Below are positions 37,039 to 48,100 of a stretch of 64,000 nt of DNA, piece by piece; position 1 is the stretch's first letter, and each line of letters opens with the position of its first letter. The position numbers and the translations under genes are program-made. Below the pieces are notes generated by a model. The model had not been told where the DNA came from. It was given only the letters and a program-made list of their open reading frames with translations, and did not search any database. The DNA comes from Anaerolineales bacterium UBA6092 (GTDB lineage: Bacteria; Chloroflexota; Anaerolineae; Anaerolineales; UBA4823): positions 5,321 to 69,320 of the forward strand of contig DIXA01000036.1 in the NCBI GenBank assembly GCA_002428565.1, written 5' to 3'.

Positions 37039-40000
37039 TTACGCGCCTGCCAGCAGTTCGGCGACCACATCCTCCAGCCGATACGTGTGGGCGCGCTGGC
37101 GGCAGGCCGCCAGATCTGCTGTGCAGAGGTGCTGCTGCAGGATGGGCCAGTATTTCTCTACCGATGCGATGATATCCAGATCGTCGCCGGCGTGGTCTAG
37201 CCCCACTTGCAGCAACTCGGCGGCGCGAGCAACATCCCCATGGGTATGAACCAATAAACCGGCCAGGCTGACCAGCATGCAGGCAATATACACCTCCGAG
37301 CCCACCTGGCCCGCCAACTCAAGCCCCTGGAGATACCAGCGGCGGGCCTCCTGGTGTTCTCCCTGGTAAAGATAAGCCTGCCCCAGGTAATTCATCGTCA
37401 GGATGATGGATGGACGGTTGCCCAGTTCGCGCTTGATGCCCAGGCTTTCTTGCAGCAGGTCAATTGCCTGAGCATAATCCTGACCGCGGCAAACCACATC
37501 CCCCAGGTTGCCCAGAGCCGTTGCCAGCAGTTGGCGGTTCCCAACCTCCCGGCTGTAGGCAACCGCCCGGGTATAGAAGGTGCGCGCTTGGGCGAAATCT
37601 TTCTGGATATGCTCGATGGCGCCCAGGTTGATCAAGGCTCTGGCGGCCCCAGCCTGATCACCGATCTGCTCTGAAAGCGCCAGGCTCTCTGCATACCAGG
37701 GCGCGATCTCATCCCAATTGCGATGCGCAACGCTGACCGCATTGGCCAGGTAGTTGAGCGCCATAGCGGTCCCCCAGGCATCTCCAGCCTGGCGGTGCAG
37801 CGCAACGCTTTGCTCAAGCAGGTTTTGCGCTTCGCTGTACTCGCCATCCCAATAAGCCACCTGCCCCGCTACGGTCAGTGCAAAGGCATAATCACGGAGA
37901 TGTGCTTGGGCTTGCAAGGCAGCCAGGCTTTGCTGCAGCAGCGCCCGCGCCTCGGCAAAATTGCCCAGCCAGCCGTGGAAATCGGCCTGGTAGATCGACA
38001 GCCTGACCTGGCGCAGGCAATTAGCCTCTTCTGCAGGGATGGCTGCGGCAGCGCACTGAAAGAGCGCCAGCCCTTCCTGGTAACGACCTATGCCGCGATA
38101 GAATAGGAACATGGCCTCTGCAGCGGTTGTTATGGCATCCACGTCCTGGTGGGCAATGCCCCAATCCCAGGCGGCGCGGATCTCTTCGATCTCTGTGCGG
38201 ATCTCAGCCTGGGCCTGCTTCTGCCGCTTGCCGCGCAGGTCTTCCTGGCGCTGGTGAAGGAAGGCCGCATAGTAGCGGCAATGCGCTTGCTGCACCTGTT
38301 GCTGCTCCTCTGGCGAAGCGGCCAGGGTTTCGGTAAGATACTGTTTCAGCAAGGCATGGAAGATGTAACGACCGGACTGATCCTGGCTGATGATCGATTT
38401 TTGGGCCAGCGCCAGTGCAGTCTCTGCTGCAACCTCTGTCACAGCCTCGGCAGCCTGGCGGTCAAATGAGCGCCGGAAAACAGACAGCCGGGCTGCGGCG
38501 CGGCGTTCGGCATCGTCGAGCAGGTTCCAGGAATGGGTAAAGACGGCGCGCAGGCTTTGGTGGCGCGCCGGCACATCTCGCAGCGAGGTGACCAGGAAAT
38601 CCATATCTGCCTGGATTTGGGCTGCAATCTCTGCGCAGGAAAGCAGGCGTACCCAGGGAGCCGCCAGCTCGATCCCCAGCGGGGCGCCATCCAGCATCTG
38701 GCAGATGGAAGCCACCAGGGTCTGGTTATCGGTGGTCAGTTCAAAATCTGCCTGCACGCGGTGGGCGTGCTGCAAGAACAACTGCACCGCGTCGTAATCG
38801 GTGGGGTGATGCGCCTGCCCGGCTGGTGGATAGGATAAACCCGGCACATCCACCAGCCATTCGGCGCGCAAGTTGAGCCGTTGGCGCGAGGTAACCAGCA
38901 GTTTGACGTGCGGGGCGGCGCGCAAAATCTCTGTCAGCACATCCAGCGGGCTGAGGCTGTGGGGATCCGCAGAATCAGCAGGCGGCAGATCCAGCAAGTG
39001 CTCGAAACCGTCCAACACCAGCAGCAGTTCGCGGCTTTGCAGGTAGCCAAGCAGTTGATCCTTGGGGGAACGCCCGCCGCTGAATTGCAGGCCCAGGGCA
39101 TCTGCCAGGGCAGAGATCAGCGCTGCCGCCGAGCCCACCCCCGCCAGGGGAACGTTCCAAACCCCGTTCAGGAAAAAATCCAGCAGGTGGTGAGCGGCTT
39201 GCCAGGCCAGGCGGGTTTTGCCAATGCCCCCTGGCCCCAACAGCGTGAGCAGGCGGCAATCTGGTTTGTCCATCTGTGAGAGCACCTGATCGAGCAAGAC
39301 GCGCCGGCCAATAAAGGGCGTCTGTGGATCGGGCAGGTTGTGCCGGGGGGAGCCGCCCGCCATGCGAATGCGCTCATACAGCGCGTAGGTAGCGGGCTGT
39401 GGGGTAACACCAAGTTCATCCAGCAGGGCGCGCCGGCAAAGCTCATACTGGCGTAAGGCAGCGCTGCGCTGCCCGCTGCGCGCCAGCAGGCGCATCAGGC
39501 TCTGGTGCGCATCCTCGCGCCAGGGCTCCAGTTCCACCTGCCGTCGGGTGTAGCGGCTGGCGCGCGGGTAATCGTGGCGCTGCGCATACAGCTGCGCCAG
39601 GCGCTGCTGGATCTCCAGCGCCAGGCAGTGGTACTGCTCGCGCTGCAGCGTGATCCACTCGCTGAAGGGCACGTTATCCCCAACAAAAAAGCCCGATAGA
39701 AACTCGCCCTGGTAGAGCGCTTCGGCCTGCTCCAGGGCTGGGATGTGGCTCTCTGCATCTGCGAGCAGCGACGATGGACCCAGAGGACAGGCAGCCAGGT
39801 GCTTCTCAAACGCGCACACATCCAGCCAGAAATCGCTTTCTGGGTTGAGTTGAATGGTTTCGCGGCTGATCTCTAAAAACCGGGTTTCAGGGCCATCGCC
39901 GATGGCCTGGCGCAGATTGAAAAGCGCCTGGGAGAGGTTGCGGCGGGCCGAACGGTCATCTTGCTCGGGCCACAACAAGCCAATCAGTTCATCGCGGGAA

Positions 40001-40131
40001 TGCGGATGCTTTGCCTCGCAGGCCAGGTAAGCCAGCAGCGCCCGTACCTTGCTGGATTCAAACGATGTCACTGGGGCATCGTCCAGCAAAACGCGAAAGG
40101 AGCCAAAAAGATGAATTGAGAGACGAGGCAT
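37039..40131 (-). CDS. SARP/AfsR-type regulator (wHTH-BTAD + NB-ARC-like ATPase + TPR)
   Basis: N-terminus LFGSFRVLLDDAPV..SSKVRALLAYLA and a BTAD helical region. Walker A GPGGIGKTRLA, LVLDGFEH, and a long TPR array. Confidence 0.85.
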   Translation of the reverse strand: MPRLSIHLFGSFRVLLDDAPVTSFESSKVRALLAYLACEAKHPHSRDELIGLLWPEQDDRSARRNLSQALFNLRQAIGDGPETRFLEISRETIQLNPESDFWLDVCAFEKHLAACPLGPSSLLADAESHIPALEQAEALYQGEFLSGFFVGDNVPFSEWITLQREQYHCLALEIQQRLAQLYAQRHDYPRASRYTRRQVELEPWREDAHQSLMRLLARSGQRSAALRQYELCRRALLDELGVTPQPATYALYERIRMAGGSPRHNLPDPQTPFIGRRVLLDQVLSQMDKPDCRLLTLLGPGGIGKTRLAWQAAHHLLDFFLNGVWNVPLAGVGSAAALISALADALGLQFSGGRSPKDQLLGYLQSRELLLVLDGFEHLLDLPPADSADPHSLSPLDVLTEILRAAPHVKLLVTSRQRLNLRAEWLVDVPGLSYPPAGQAHHPTDYDAVQLFLQHAHRVQADFELTTDNQTLVASICQMLDGAPLGIELAAPWVRLLSCAEIAAQIQADMDFLVTSLRDVPARHQSLRAVFTHSWNLLDDAERRAAARLSVFRRSFDRQAAEAVTEVAAETALALAQKSIISQDQSGRYIFHALLKQYLTETLAASPEEQQQVQQAHCRYYAAFLHQRQEDLRGKRQKQAQAEIRTEIEEIRAAWDWGIAHQDVDAITTAAEAMFLFYRGIGRYQEGLALFQCAAAAIPAEEANCLRQVRLSIYQADFHGWLGNFAEARALLQQSLAALQAQAHLRDYAFALTVAGQVAYWDGEYSEAQNLLEQSVALHRQAGDAWGTAMALNYLANAVSVAHRNWDEIAPWYAESLALSEQIGDQAGAARALINLGAIEHIQKDFAQARTFYTRAVAYSREVGNRQLLATALGNLGDVVCRGQDYAQAIDLLQESLGIKRELGNRPSIILTMNYLGQAYLYQGEHQEARRWYLQGLELAGQVGSEVYIACMLVSLAGLLVHTHGDVARAAELLQVGLDHAGDDLDIIASVEKYWPILQQHLCTADLAACRQRAHTYRLEDVVAELLAGA

Positions 40132-40263
40132 CTTGAACTGTCAAAAACCGAATAACCCTGGTGAATATTTTGATTATACACGATTGGGTAACCCATACTC
40201 TCATCTTTCCTGATAATTGGCTGATACTGGTTTTATAGAATAGATGCAGCGAGGGCAAAACGC

Positions 40264-40503
40264 GTGCGTACTGTGCAAAACTACCGCTCTTACTTGCTGC
40301 GCCTGTGGCGCAGCGACCAGAATGCCGCAGCCTGGCAGGCATCCCTGGAATGCCCGCTGACGGGCCAACGCTGGGTTTTTGCCAGCCTGCACGCAATGTA
40401 TGCCTACCTGGATGGGTTGGCGGCCGAAGTACAGCCAGATGCCCACAGCGCGCCCATCTACCCTGTTCAGGAGAAGCCGCCCGGCGAAGCGCCGGGTGGG
40501 TAA
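40264..40503 (+). CDS. small conserved-pattern hypothetical protein
   Basis: YLLRLWRSDQNAAAWQASLECPLTGQRWVFASLHAMYAYL. I recall the LRLWR..W.ASLE.P.TG.R..FASL pattern recurring in small proteins of Chloroflexota, cyanobacteria and actinobacteria (memory only). Confidence 0.5.
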   Translation: MRTVQNYRSYLLRLWRSDQNAAAWQASLECPLTGQRWVFASLHAMYAYLDGLAAEVQPDAHSAPIYPVQEKPPGEAPGG

Positions 40504-40539
40504 ACAATCATCAGGTATCCATTTGAAGGAGGAACAAAC

Positions 40540-43407
40540 ATGAAACTCACGAAAATTATCGCAACACTGGTCATCGGCGCGGCGCTGGCGGTCGTCTGGC
40601 TGCTGGGGTTCAGCCCAACCTCAGCGGCCCAGGCAGATGCTATTACAAGCGTAGGCATCGATATAACCACCACAGTAGACGAATTCGGCGAAAACCTTAC
40701 CGCATGTTCCCTGCGCGAGGCTATCTATACTCTGAATACAGGTACAAACTTTGGCGGGTGTATCAATCCAATCATCCACCAAATTAACCTTCCAGCAGGC
40801 ACCTATATTCTCACCATCGCCGGCAGCGGCGAAGAAAACACTGCCCAGGGCGACCTGGATATTAAGGTTTCTATGACGATTGTGGGCGCCGGACCCAATG
40901 TCACAATCATCGATGGAGGCAAGTTAGACCGAGTCTTCGATATCCATGGCGCAACTGGCGAGGTCACCCTGGAGGGAATACGCATCAGAAATGGCGTGGT
41001 TACAGGCAATGGCGGCGGAATTGCCGCCGACACTGCAGACTTGACCTTACTGAACACGATTGTGTTTTCCAATACGGCTTCTGCCAACGGTGGCGGGATC
41101 TACGCTCTGACTACCTTCCTGGCGATGACCAACACACGCGTAGCCGCAAATGATGCCGTCAACTTCGGCGGGGGCATCATGCTCGGCGCCGACGATGCCA
41201 ATCTGCTGCGCATGGGGGTCAACTGCGTGGTGGCACAAAATACCGCCGACCATGGCGGCGGCATCTTTATCGCCGGTGGACAAATGTACCAGGAAGCCGG
41301 CCTGATCACGGAAAACACAGCCGACGAGAACGGCGGCGGAATTGCAGTGATGGGCGGCGATGCCCACCTGTTGGGCGGCGTCGTGCTCGATAACAGCGCC
41401 TTTAGCGGCGGCGGGGTATGGGTCAACAATGGAAGCGCACTCCTGAGCGGAACGATGCTGATCGACAATTCCGCCCTTGAAGGTGGCGGCCTGTTCACAC
41501 TGGGCAACCAATCGGTCGTCACCCAAACAGCCGCCAGCAGCATCATCAGTAACACCGCGCTGGGCGGCGGCGGTATCATGCATCTTGCCGGGCTTTTCAC
41601 TTTACAAGGCGGGGAGATCATCAGCAACACAGCCGGCAGTGCTGGCGGGGGAATCGCTGTATTTGGAGGCAACGTCAGCCTGAGCGAGGGGAGCATACGG
41701 AACAATTCTGCAGACCGCGGTGGCGGTGTTTACATCAGCGGTGGTGGAACCATCACAGCCACCCATATGCAGATCACGGACAATACAGCCACGAGCAGCT
41801 ACGGAGGCGGTATCTTTGCGCAGGCTTACGATGTAAAATCGGCTAGCTCCACAACTCCCAATGCTCTATCCCCATACCTTACCATCATCGGTGGAGAGAT
41901 CGCGGGAAATGAAGCTTCTTACGGCGGCGGCATCAGCGTTCGGCAAGGCATGGTGGCGTTGCTTGAAGATGTGCTGGTGCACGATAACCTGGCATCCAAC
42001 AATGGGGGCGGCATCAATGTCTCCAACCCGGATGCAGAATTACATGCCATCGGCTGCCAGATCACCGGAAATGATGCCTACCTGGGCGGCGGGCTCTTTG
42101 TCAACAACAGCCTGGCTTTCATCACCAACACGCTGATCGCCAGCAACACCGCGGTGGAGGATGGCGGCGGGGTCTACATGGCGCAAGCCATGTTGGGCCT
42201 GACCAATCTTACCCTGGACGGCAACCAGGCTTTCTCAGAAGGCGGCGGACTCTACCTCTACGGCGATACTAAATCTCCCACTGAAACCGCTCTCGGCATG
42301 CACTTCTCTACCATCACAGACAACGCGTCCGATAGTGGCGGAGATGGCATTCATCTCGTCGGGAGCATCACCACCCTTGTGCTGCAAAACAACATCCTGG
42401 CTGGCAATGGCACAGCCAACTGCAACACGGCCCTGGCCTCGGGCGGGTACAACATCGACAGCGGCACAACTTGCGGCTTCACTGCCGCAGGCGACCAATC
42501 CGATACTGACCCGCTGCTCGATGCGCTGGCAGATAACGGCGGCAATACGCTGACGCACGCCCTGCTGCCCGGCAGCCCCGCCATTGATACTGGGCTGTGT
42601 ATATCAGATGTCGATACAGATCAGCGCGGTGAGCCGCGCCCTAACCCGGTCAGCGCTGCCTGTGATATTGGCGCTTACGAGTCGAGCCTGCTCGGCGCAG
42701 CCGACTTGAGCATCCTGCAGACGGTTTCGCCTGCCAGCGCGCTGCCCGGCGAGAACCTGATCTACACCATTGCGTTTTCCAACACCGGGCCAGCCTGGGG
42801 TATGGGCGTGGTGATCAGCGAGGCTTTCCCTTCAGAATTAACCCTGTTGAGCGTCACCAGCACGGTCAATCTCACCGACGTTACAGATGCACAAGGCCTG
42901 GCCTGGGAAGTGGAGGGTCTCGAACCGGGGCAAGCGGGGTTCATCACTTTGACCGCGCAAGTCGGTGACGAAAATGTTCCTGCCGGTGCGTTGATCATCA
43001 CAGCCACCATCAACGGTGCGACGACGGACACACAGCCAGAGAATAACATTGCCGCCGCCAGTGTGGAAATCCTCAACGCCGCGCCGCTGGCGCAGGACCA
43101 GGCTTACACTGTCGATTTGAACACAACCCTGGTTGTGCAGGCCAGCGACGGCCTGTTGAGCACCGCCAGCGACCCCAACGGCGACACGCTGAGCGCCATC
43201 CTGGATACAGGCCCGCTGACCGGCACGCTGACACTCAACGCGGACGGCTCGTTCACCTACGTTCCCGTGGAAGGCTTCACTGGTGTGATCACCTTCACCT
43301 ACTACATCAGCGACGGTGCGCTGGATTCCAACCTGGCGACGGTGAGCATCACGGTCGAGCAGAGCCTGGTGCAGGTGTATTTGCCCACCGTGGTGCGCAA
43401 GCCATAA
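40540..43407 (+). CDS. secreted parallel-beta-helix repeat protein with DUF11-like and Ig/cadherin-like C-terminal domains
   Basis: Signal peptide and a CSLREAI motif. More than 15 GGGI/GGGV-containing beta-helix turns. LSILQTVSP...Y.I...N.G (DUF11-like) and PNGDTLS (Ig-like) motifs. Confidence 0.8.
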   Translation: MKLTKIIATLVIGAALAVVWLLGFSPTSAAQADAITSVGIDITTTVDEFGENLTACSLREAIYTLNTGTNFGGCINPIIHQINLPAGTYILTIAGSGEENTAQGDLDIKVSMTIVGAGPNVTIIDGGKLDRVFDIHGATGEVTLEGIRIRNGVVTGNGGGIAADTADLTLLNTIVFSNTASANGGGIYALTTFLAMTNTRVAANDAVNFGGGIMLGADDANLLRMGVNCVVAQNTADHGGGIFIAGGQMYQEAGLITENTADENGGGIAVMGGDAHLLGGVVLDNSAFSGGGVWVNNGSALLSGTMLIDNSALEGGGLFTLGNQSVVTQTAASSIISNTALGGGGIMHLAGLFTLQGGEIISNTAGSAGGGIAVFGGNVSLSEGSIRNNSADRGGGVYISGGGTITATHMQITDNTATSSYGGGIFAQAYDVKSASSTTPNALSPYLTIIGGEIAGNEASYGGGISVRQGMVALLEDVLVHDNLASNNGGGINVSNPDAELHAIGCQITGNDAYLGGGLFVNNSLAFITNTLIASNTAVEDGGGVYMAQAMLGLTNLTLDGNQAFSEGGGLYLYGDTKSPTETALGMHFSTITDNASDSGGDGIHLVGSITTLVLQNNILAGNGTANCNTALASGGYNIDSGTTCGFTAAGDQSDTDPLLDALADNGGNTLTHALLPGSPAIDTGLCISDVDTDQRGEPRPNPVSAACDIGAYESSLLGAADLSILQTVSPASALPGENLIYTIAFSNTGPAWGMGVVISEAFPSELTLLSVTSTVNLTDVTDAQGLAWEVEGLEPGQAGFITLTAQVGDENVPAGALIITATINGATTDTQPENNIAAASVEILNAAPLAQDQAYTVDLNTTLVVQASDGLLSTASDPNGDTLSAILDTGPLTGTLTLNADGSFTYVPVEGFTGVITFTYYISDGALDSNLATVSITVEQSLVQVYLPTVVRKP

Positions 43408-43430
43408 CCTATCAACCCGGCAATACCCAT

Positions 43431-43464
43431 CCCGCCCCTCTCTGAGGGGTAAGAGAGGGGCGGG
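43431..43464 (+). terminator. hairpin terminator after the beta-helix gene
   Basis: CCCGCCCCTCTCT-GAGGGGTA-AGAGAGGGGCGGG, a 13-bp perfect stem with a weak U-tract. Confidence 0.5.
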
Positions 43465-43870
43465 GAACACATAAAGTTCTTTGCGCTCGATCGCTTTGGG
43501 CTTGGGAGTGATCTCCCCGGCTGCGCTGCTGATTCTGATCGCACTGGTAGGGCTGCGGCGTTTGAACAAGGATACAGACCCGCCTCAGGCGACGTGATCT
43601 AAAAAGAGTGGGGAGTTGTTGCGCTTGGCTTTTGCGGGTGCCATCGCGTGGGGGCATGCACCATTTCCAGCCTTGCCGCGGTGCTGTACAAGGACTGCCT
43701 GCCTCCCCGGTTGCCCAAATCCTTCATCGATTCTACAATACTCCTTCACGGCTTCTTCATAACGGCGAGATATCATTTGGTTTGTAAGCAGGGTGAGCCA
43801 TCTCACCCAAAACAGAAAAACCTCAAGATCAAAACAGACCGTTATAAAACGGAAAAAAGGAGAAAAGAAA

Positions 43871-44644
43871 ATGTTCAAGAAAATTCTAACCACCACAGCG
43901 CTGATCGCCGTTCTTGGCGTGCTCGTCTTTGGCGCGGTCACTTCTGCACAGGCCAAGGCCCCCGATGGCGGCAATGGCCCTACGAATGGACAGTCTGTTC
44001 CCAGTGCGCAGACAGATGGCATATATGGCAGCGGCCGCGGTCAGGGCACTGGCAGCCTGGGCACCTTGCCCCCCGCCACCGGCGACCTGAGCGCCGAAGA
44101 AGCCGCGGCGCTGACCTTCATGCGCGAAGAAGAAAAGTTGGCCCATGATGTGTATGTAACGCTCTACGAGCAGTGGGGCTTGCCCGTCTTCATCAACATC
44201 AGCCAAAGCGAGCAGGCTCACAGCGATGCTGTCAAGGCTTTGCTGGATCGCTACGGTCTGGCTGACCCAGCCACGGGCACTGTGGGTGTGTTCACTGATC
44301 CCGAACTGCAGGCGCTCTACACCGAGTTGGTGGCGCTGGGCAGCCAGTCAGTGGCAGGCGCGCTCAAAGTGGGCGCGGCGATCGAAGAGATCGATATCCT
44401 CGATCTGCAAGAGCGCCTGGCCCAGACCGACAACGCCGACCTGCAGCAGGTGTTCAACAACTTGCTGAACGGCTCCTACAGTCACTTGCGCGCCTTCGTC
44501 TCCACCTTGCAGACTCAGACTGGTGAAGCCTATCAGCCGCAGTACCTCAGCCTTGAGGCCTACCAGGCGATCATCAGCGCCAGCGCAGGCAGCGGCAATG
44601 GTGCCGGCAGCAACCGGGGCGGTGGGCGCAGCGGCAGGCCGTAA
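43871..44644 (+). CDS. secreted DUF2202 (ferritin-like) protein
   Basis: The start is at ATG 43871 (AAGGAG upstream), followed by a signal peptide. Motifs LTFMREEEKLAHDVY and SEQAHSDAVKALLDRYG are present. Confidence 0.75.
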   Translation: MFKKILTTTALIAVLGVLVFGAVTSAQAKAPDGGNGPTNGQSVPSAQTDGIYGSGRGQGTGSLGTLPPATGDLSAEEAAALTFMREEEKLAHDVYVTLYEQWGLPVFINISQSEQAHSDAVKALLDRYGLADPATGTVGVFTDPELQALYTELVALGSQSVAGALKVGAAIEEIDILDLQERLAQTDNADLQQVFNNLLNGSYSHLRAFVSTLQTQTGEAYQPQYLSLEAYQAIISASAGSGNGAGSNRGGGRSGRP

Positions 44645-44659
44645 CCCTTTCCCTGTTCA

Positions 44660-44701
44660 AAAAAAGAGAGGAACGTGCAAACGCACGGTTCCTCTCTTTT
44701 T
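44660..44701. terminator. bidirectional intrinsic terminator
   Basis: AAAAAAGAGAGGAACGTGC-AAAC-GCACGGTTCCTCTCTTTTT. Confidence 0.7.
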
Positions 44702-44796
44702 CATTCCTGTACGATGCCTGCTTTCAAGCAGAAGGGTAGGGGCATATAGACAAGGTTACTCGCTTATTCCTCCACTGTTACACTGACCCTCCACTC

Positions 44797-44872
44797 GCCC
44801 CCGCAGGTGGGGGTGTTTGCTAGTTTTAGCCTTGCATTGACTGTATATTGTGTTCCCTTGAGAGTAGTTCGC
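44797..44872 (+). repeat. partial copy (P4) of the junction repeat family
   Basis: CGCCCCCGCAGGTGGGGGT...TATATTGTGTTCCCTTGAGAGTAGTTCGCC matches the L3 core. It breaks off before the 45-nt box. Confidence 0.7.
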
Positions 44873-45154
44873 CGGGCACCTGCTGTACTTCCTTTTCCTG
44901 TCCAACCTGGGCACTACGGTGTATCTGCCACGCGGCCAGTTTGATCAAGCCCTGGCCACCGCCCACAGCCGGCGCTGGATGAACTGAGGGGGGCAACCTG
45001 GAAACCGCGCTGCCCCTCTTTACCCAGGAGCGCAGCGTGGTAGGAGCCACTGGCGATTAGGGCCGAGGTGCGGAGATGAGCATGAGCTGTTACCACTGCC
45101 TGGCCCCTTGCCTGCTGGATACGGAATGTGGGGGGATGGGGCAGTGAGCACTCC

Positions 45155-48100
45155 TTAGCGTTTCAACGCCAGCGGCAAATAAACCCTCAGGTTCTCCACC
45201 GTTACGGTGCTGGTCAGCGCCAGGTGCCCCAGCGGATTGCCAATGGATAGCGTCACGGTATACACGCCTGCCTGTGCGTAGGCGTGGCTGGTGATCAGGT
45301 CGCTGCTGGTGGCGCTGCCATCGCCGAAGTTCCAGGTCAGAGTGGGGGTGGGCACCCCGGCGCTGATGGTGGCGGTGAAGACCACCGTTTCGCCCACATG
45401 CGCTGTGGTGGCCGATTGGGTGAAGCTGCCGGCGGGCGGCGTGCCGCAGACCGCCGGCCGGGGAAACAGCGCCAGCCCGCGCGGCCCGCCTTCCAACTGG
45501 ATGGAACTGACCACCTGCCCCGCGGCCGTATCCACCGCCCGCACCATGTATACATACGGCATACTGACATACACCAGCCCCTCGTCCGGCCAGGGGAAGA
45601 CGGCCACATCCCAGGCCATGCCATTTCCCATGCTTGCCCCCACCGTAATCTGGTCAGTGACCTCCCCGGTCTGCGTATCCACCACGTACAGCAGCCCCAA
45701 GGCCGGGTCGGTCGCATAAAGGGTCAGTCCGTCTGGTGAAACCTCTAGGTTTGCCATCGAGCCGTTGTTATCGCTGCCGGGCAGGTTCATCGTCCAGGTG
45801 TAGACCATGGTGTCGCTGGCGGTATCGATCACCACTACATCCATGTTAAGCACACTGCTGACGTAGGCGCGGTCGCCCAGCGGTGAGATGGCCATGCCCC
45901 AGGGGTGGTCCAGCCCGGCGGTGATGACCGCCGTCACACTGAAAGTAGTTCCGTCCAGCACGCTCACCGAGTTGGCATCTTTGCTGACGATGTAGATCTT
46001 GTCCAGGCAGGGGCTGGTCTCCACGCTGATGGGGCCGTCCTCCAGCCCGGTGATCACCTGCGTCACCGTCAGCGCGGCCGTGTCGATCACGCTCAGGCTG
46101 TCATCGTCGTGGTTGACCACGAAGGCCCGGCTGCCATCGGGCGAGAGGGCGATCTCGTAGGGGCGCGCCCCCACCGGGATCAGCGTGGACGTGTACGCGG
46201 CGGTCAGATCGATCACCGCCACCTGGCCCGTATCCCGCAGGCTGGCATACAGGGTTTTGCTATCGGCTGAGAGCACGCCGCGCCACGCCCAACTGCCTGT
46301 GGGCATCTGGATGTATTCGCCGGTGGGCTGGTGCAAGATCGTATCCATCACCCAGATGCGGTCCGAGTCAGGATCGAACGCATAACCCGGCCGCGCCACT
46401 GCGGCCACCACCGCGGCGCTGGTGGCCAGGCCGCCGGTTGGGTCGGCTGCCTCCACAGTGAACGCGTCGTGGTCGCCCATGGCTGCCCCGGTGGGGAAGG
46501 TCACCGTCACCGTGAAGGGAAAACTCTCCCACGGCCCCAGCAAGCCGGTGCTGCTGCTGGAAAGCGCCGCCGGCCACTCGGCCCCTGCCAGGCTCAGACC
46601 GATGGTGCGGGTCTCTGTGCTGGCGTTGCTCACCCGCAAGAGATAATCTACCGTCTCCCCGGCTGCGCCGTACTGCACCTGCTCTCCCGGCGTCAGTGTG
46701 ATCTCTGCCAGGCAGGTGCTGGGCCTGGGGAAGTAAGCCAGCCCGTTGATCCGCACGCCCACGTCCAGCGCTCCGACCACCGTGTGCGTTTGGGTGTTGA
46801 TCGTGATCACCTGGTTTTCCTGCTCTTCGGCCAAATAAGCATACGGCCCGTAACCGGCCGGCGCAAATTCCACATCGGTGATGCCGCTGTAATACAGGTT
46901 CAGGGCGATGGTGTGCAGCAGTTCACCGCTCAGGGCATCCAGCACGCTCACCGACGTGCTCCCATCCGCTACATACAGCAGCCGCCCGTCCGGTGAAATA
47001 TCGATCTGCTTTACCCACCCGCCAGCTGGCCAGCGATACAGCACTTCGTTCGTGTTGGTATCGATCACCGCCACTCTATCTTGGGTTCCCTCGACAACAT
47101 ACACATACTGCCCGTTGGGCGAAACTGCCAGATCAAACAGCCAGGCCACACCGGCAATCACATCGGTGACGGTCAGCGCGGCGGTGTCGATCACGTAGAC
47201 TTCCCCGCTGTACTGGGATGCCACGTAGGCCAGTTCCCGGCAGGGGTGTGCAGCAACCGCGTATGGATGGTCGCCGGTGCTCAGTGTGGCCACCACTGTT
47301 TGGGTGGCTGTATCGATGATCGAGGTGTTATCCGAGTTTCTGTTTGCTACCACCACCAACTCGCCGTCGTACGTGATGGCCAACCCATTGGGCGACGATC
47401 CAACGGGGATGGTATTCTTGACCGTGTTCGTTGCCGTATCGATCACCGCCACGGTGCCCGCCGCCCCCAGGCTGGCGTACAATGTTTCGCCGGAGGGGCT
47501 GAGGGCGCCCTGGAGCGGCCGCGACATGGATGGGAAGTAGATCCACCCGGTAATGATGTTCAACTGCCGGTCGAGGCGCACGATCTGCTCGGCGTAGTTG
47601 GCCATCACGAAGCCGTAATCGCCGGATGTCGCCGTGGTGTGGATGATGGCCTGGTTGTAGTACACGGTGGGGCTGAGGCTGGAGGTGACCTCCAGGGTGA
47701 CCTCGTCAAAATCGCCCGGCTGCGCCGCCAGCGGCACCGTCACCGTCACCACCGCTGTCTCGCTCTCGCCTGGGTTCAGGCTGCCCGTTTGAACAGCCGA
47801 GATTGCCGATGGCCAATCCGCCCCATCCAGCGCCAGGTCAAACGTGCCGGTGATGCCTGTGTCATTCAAGATCGTGAACTCGTACGGGATGGCTTGCCCA
47901 GCCACGCCAAACCCTTCTGGAAAGCCGGGCGTTACGTAGACATTGGGGGCCAGGTTGCCTGCCAGGTAATCAATGGCATTGGGCAGCAGTTCCTTTCCAG
48001 AGATTGCTTCGGCATAAAGATATTCCACCGGCTGCCCAAAAGCGACCACTTGCCCGGTTCCCCACGGATACTCGATCGTGGTCGCCGGCCCGCCTGGGGC

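Noticed and set aside
43497-43590. Short frame encoding GLGVISPAALLILIALVGLRRLNKD..., resembling a C-terminal membrane anchor
   Set aside because: There is no upstream coding continuity, start codon or RBS. It may be a relic of a degraded gene, but it cannot be supported as a feature.
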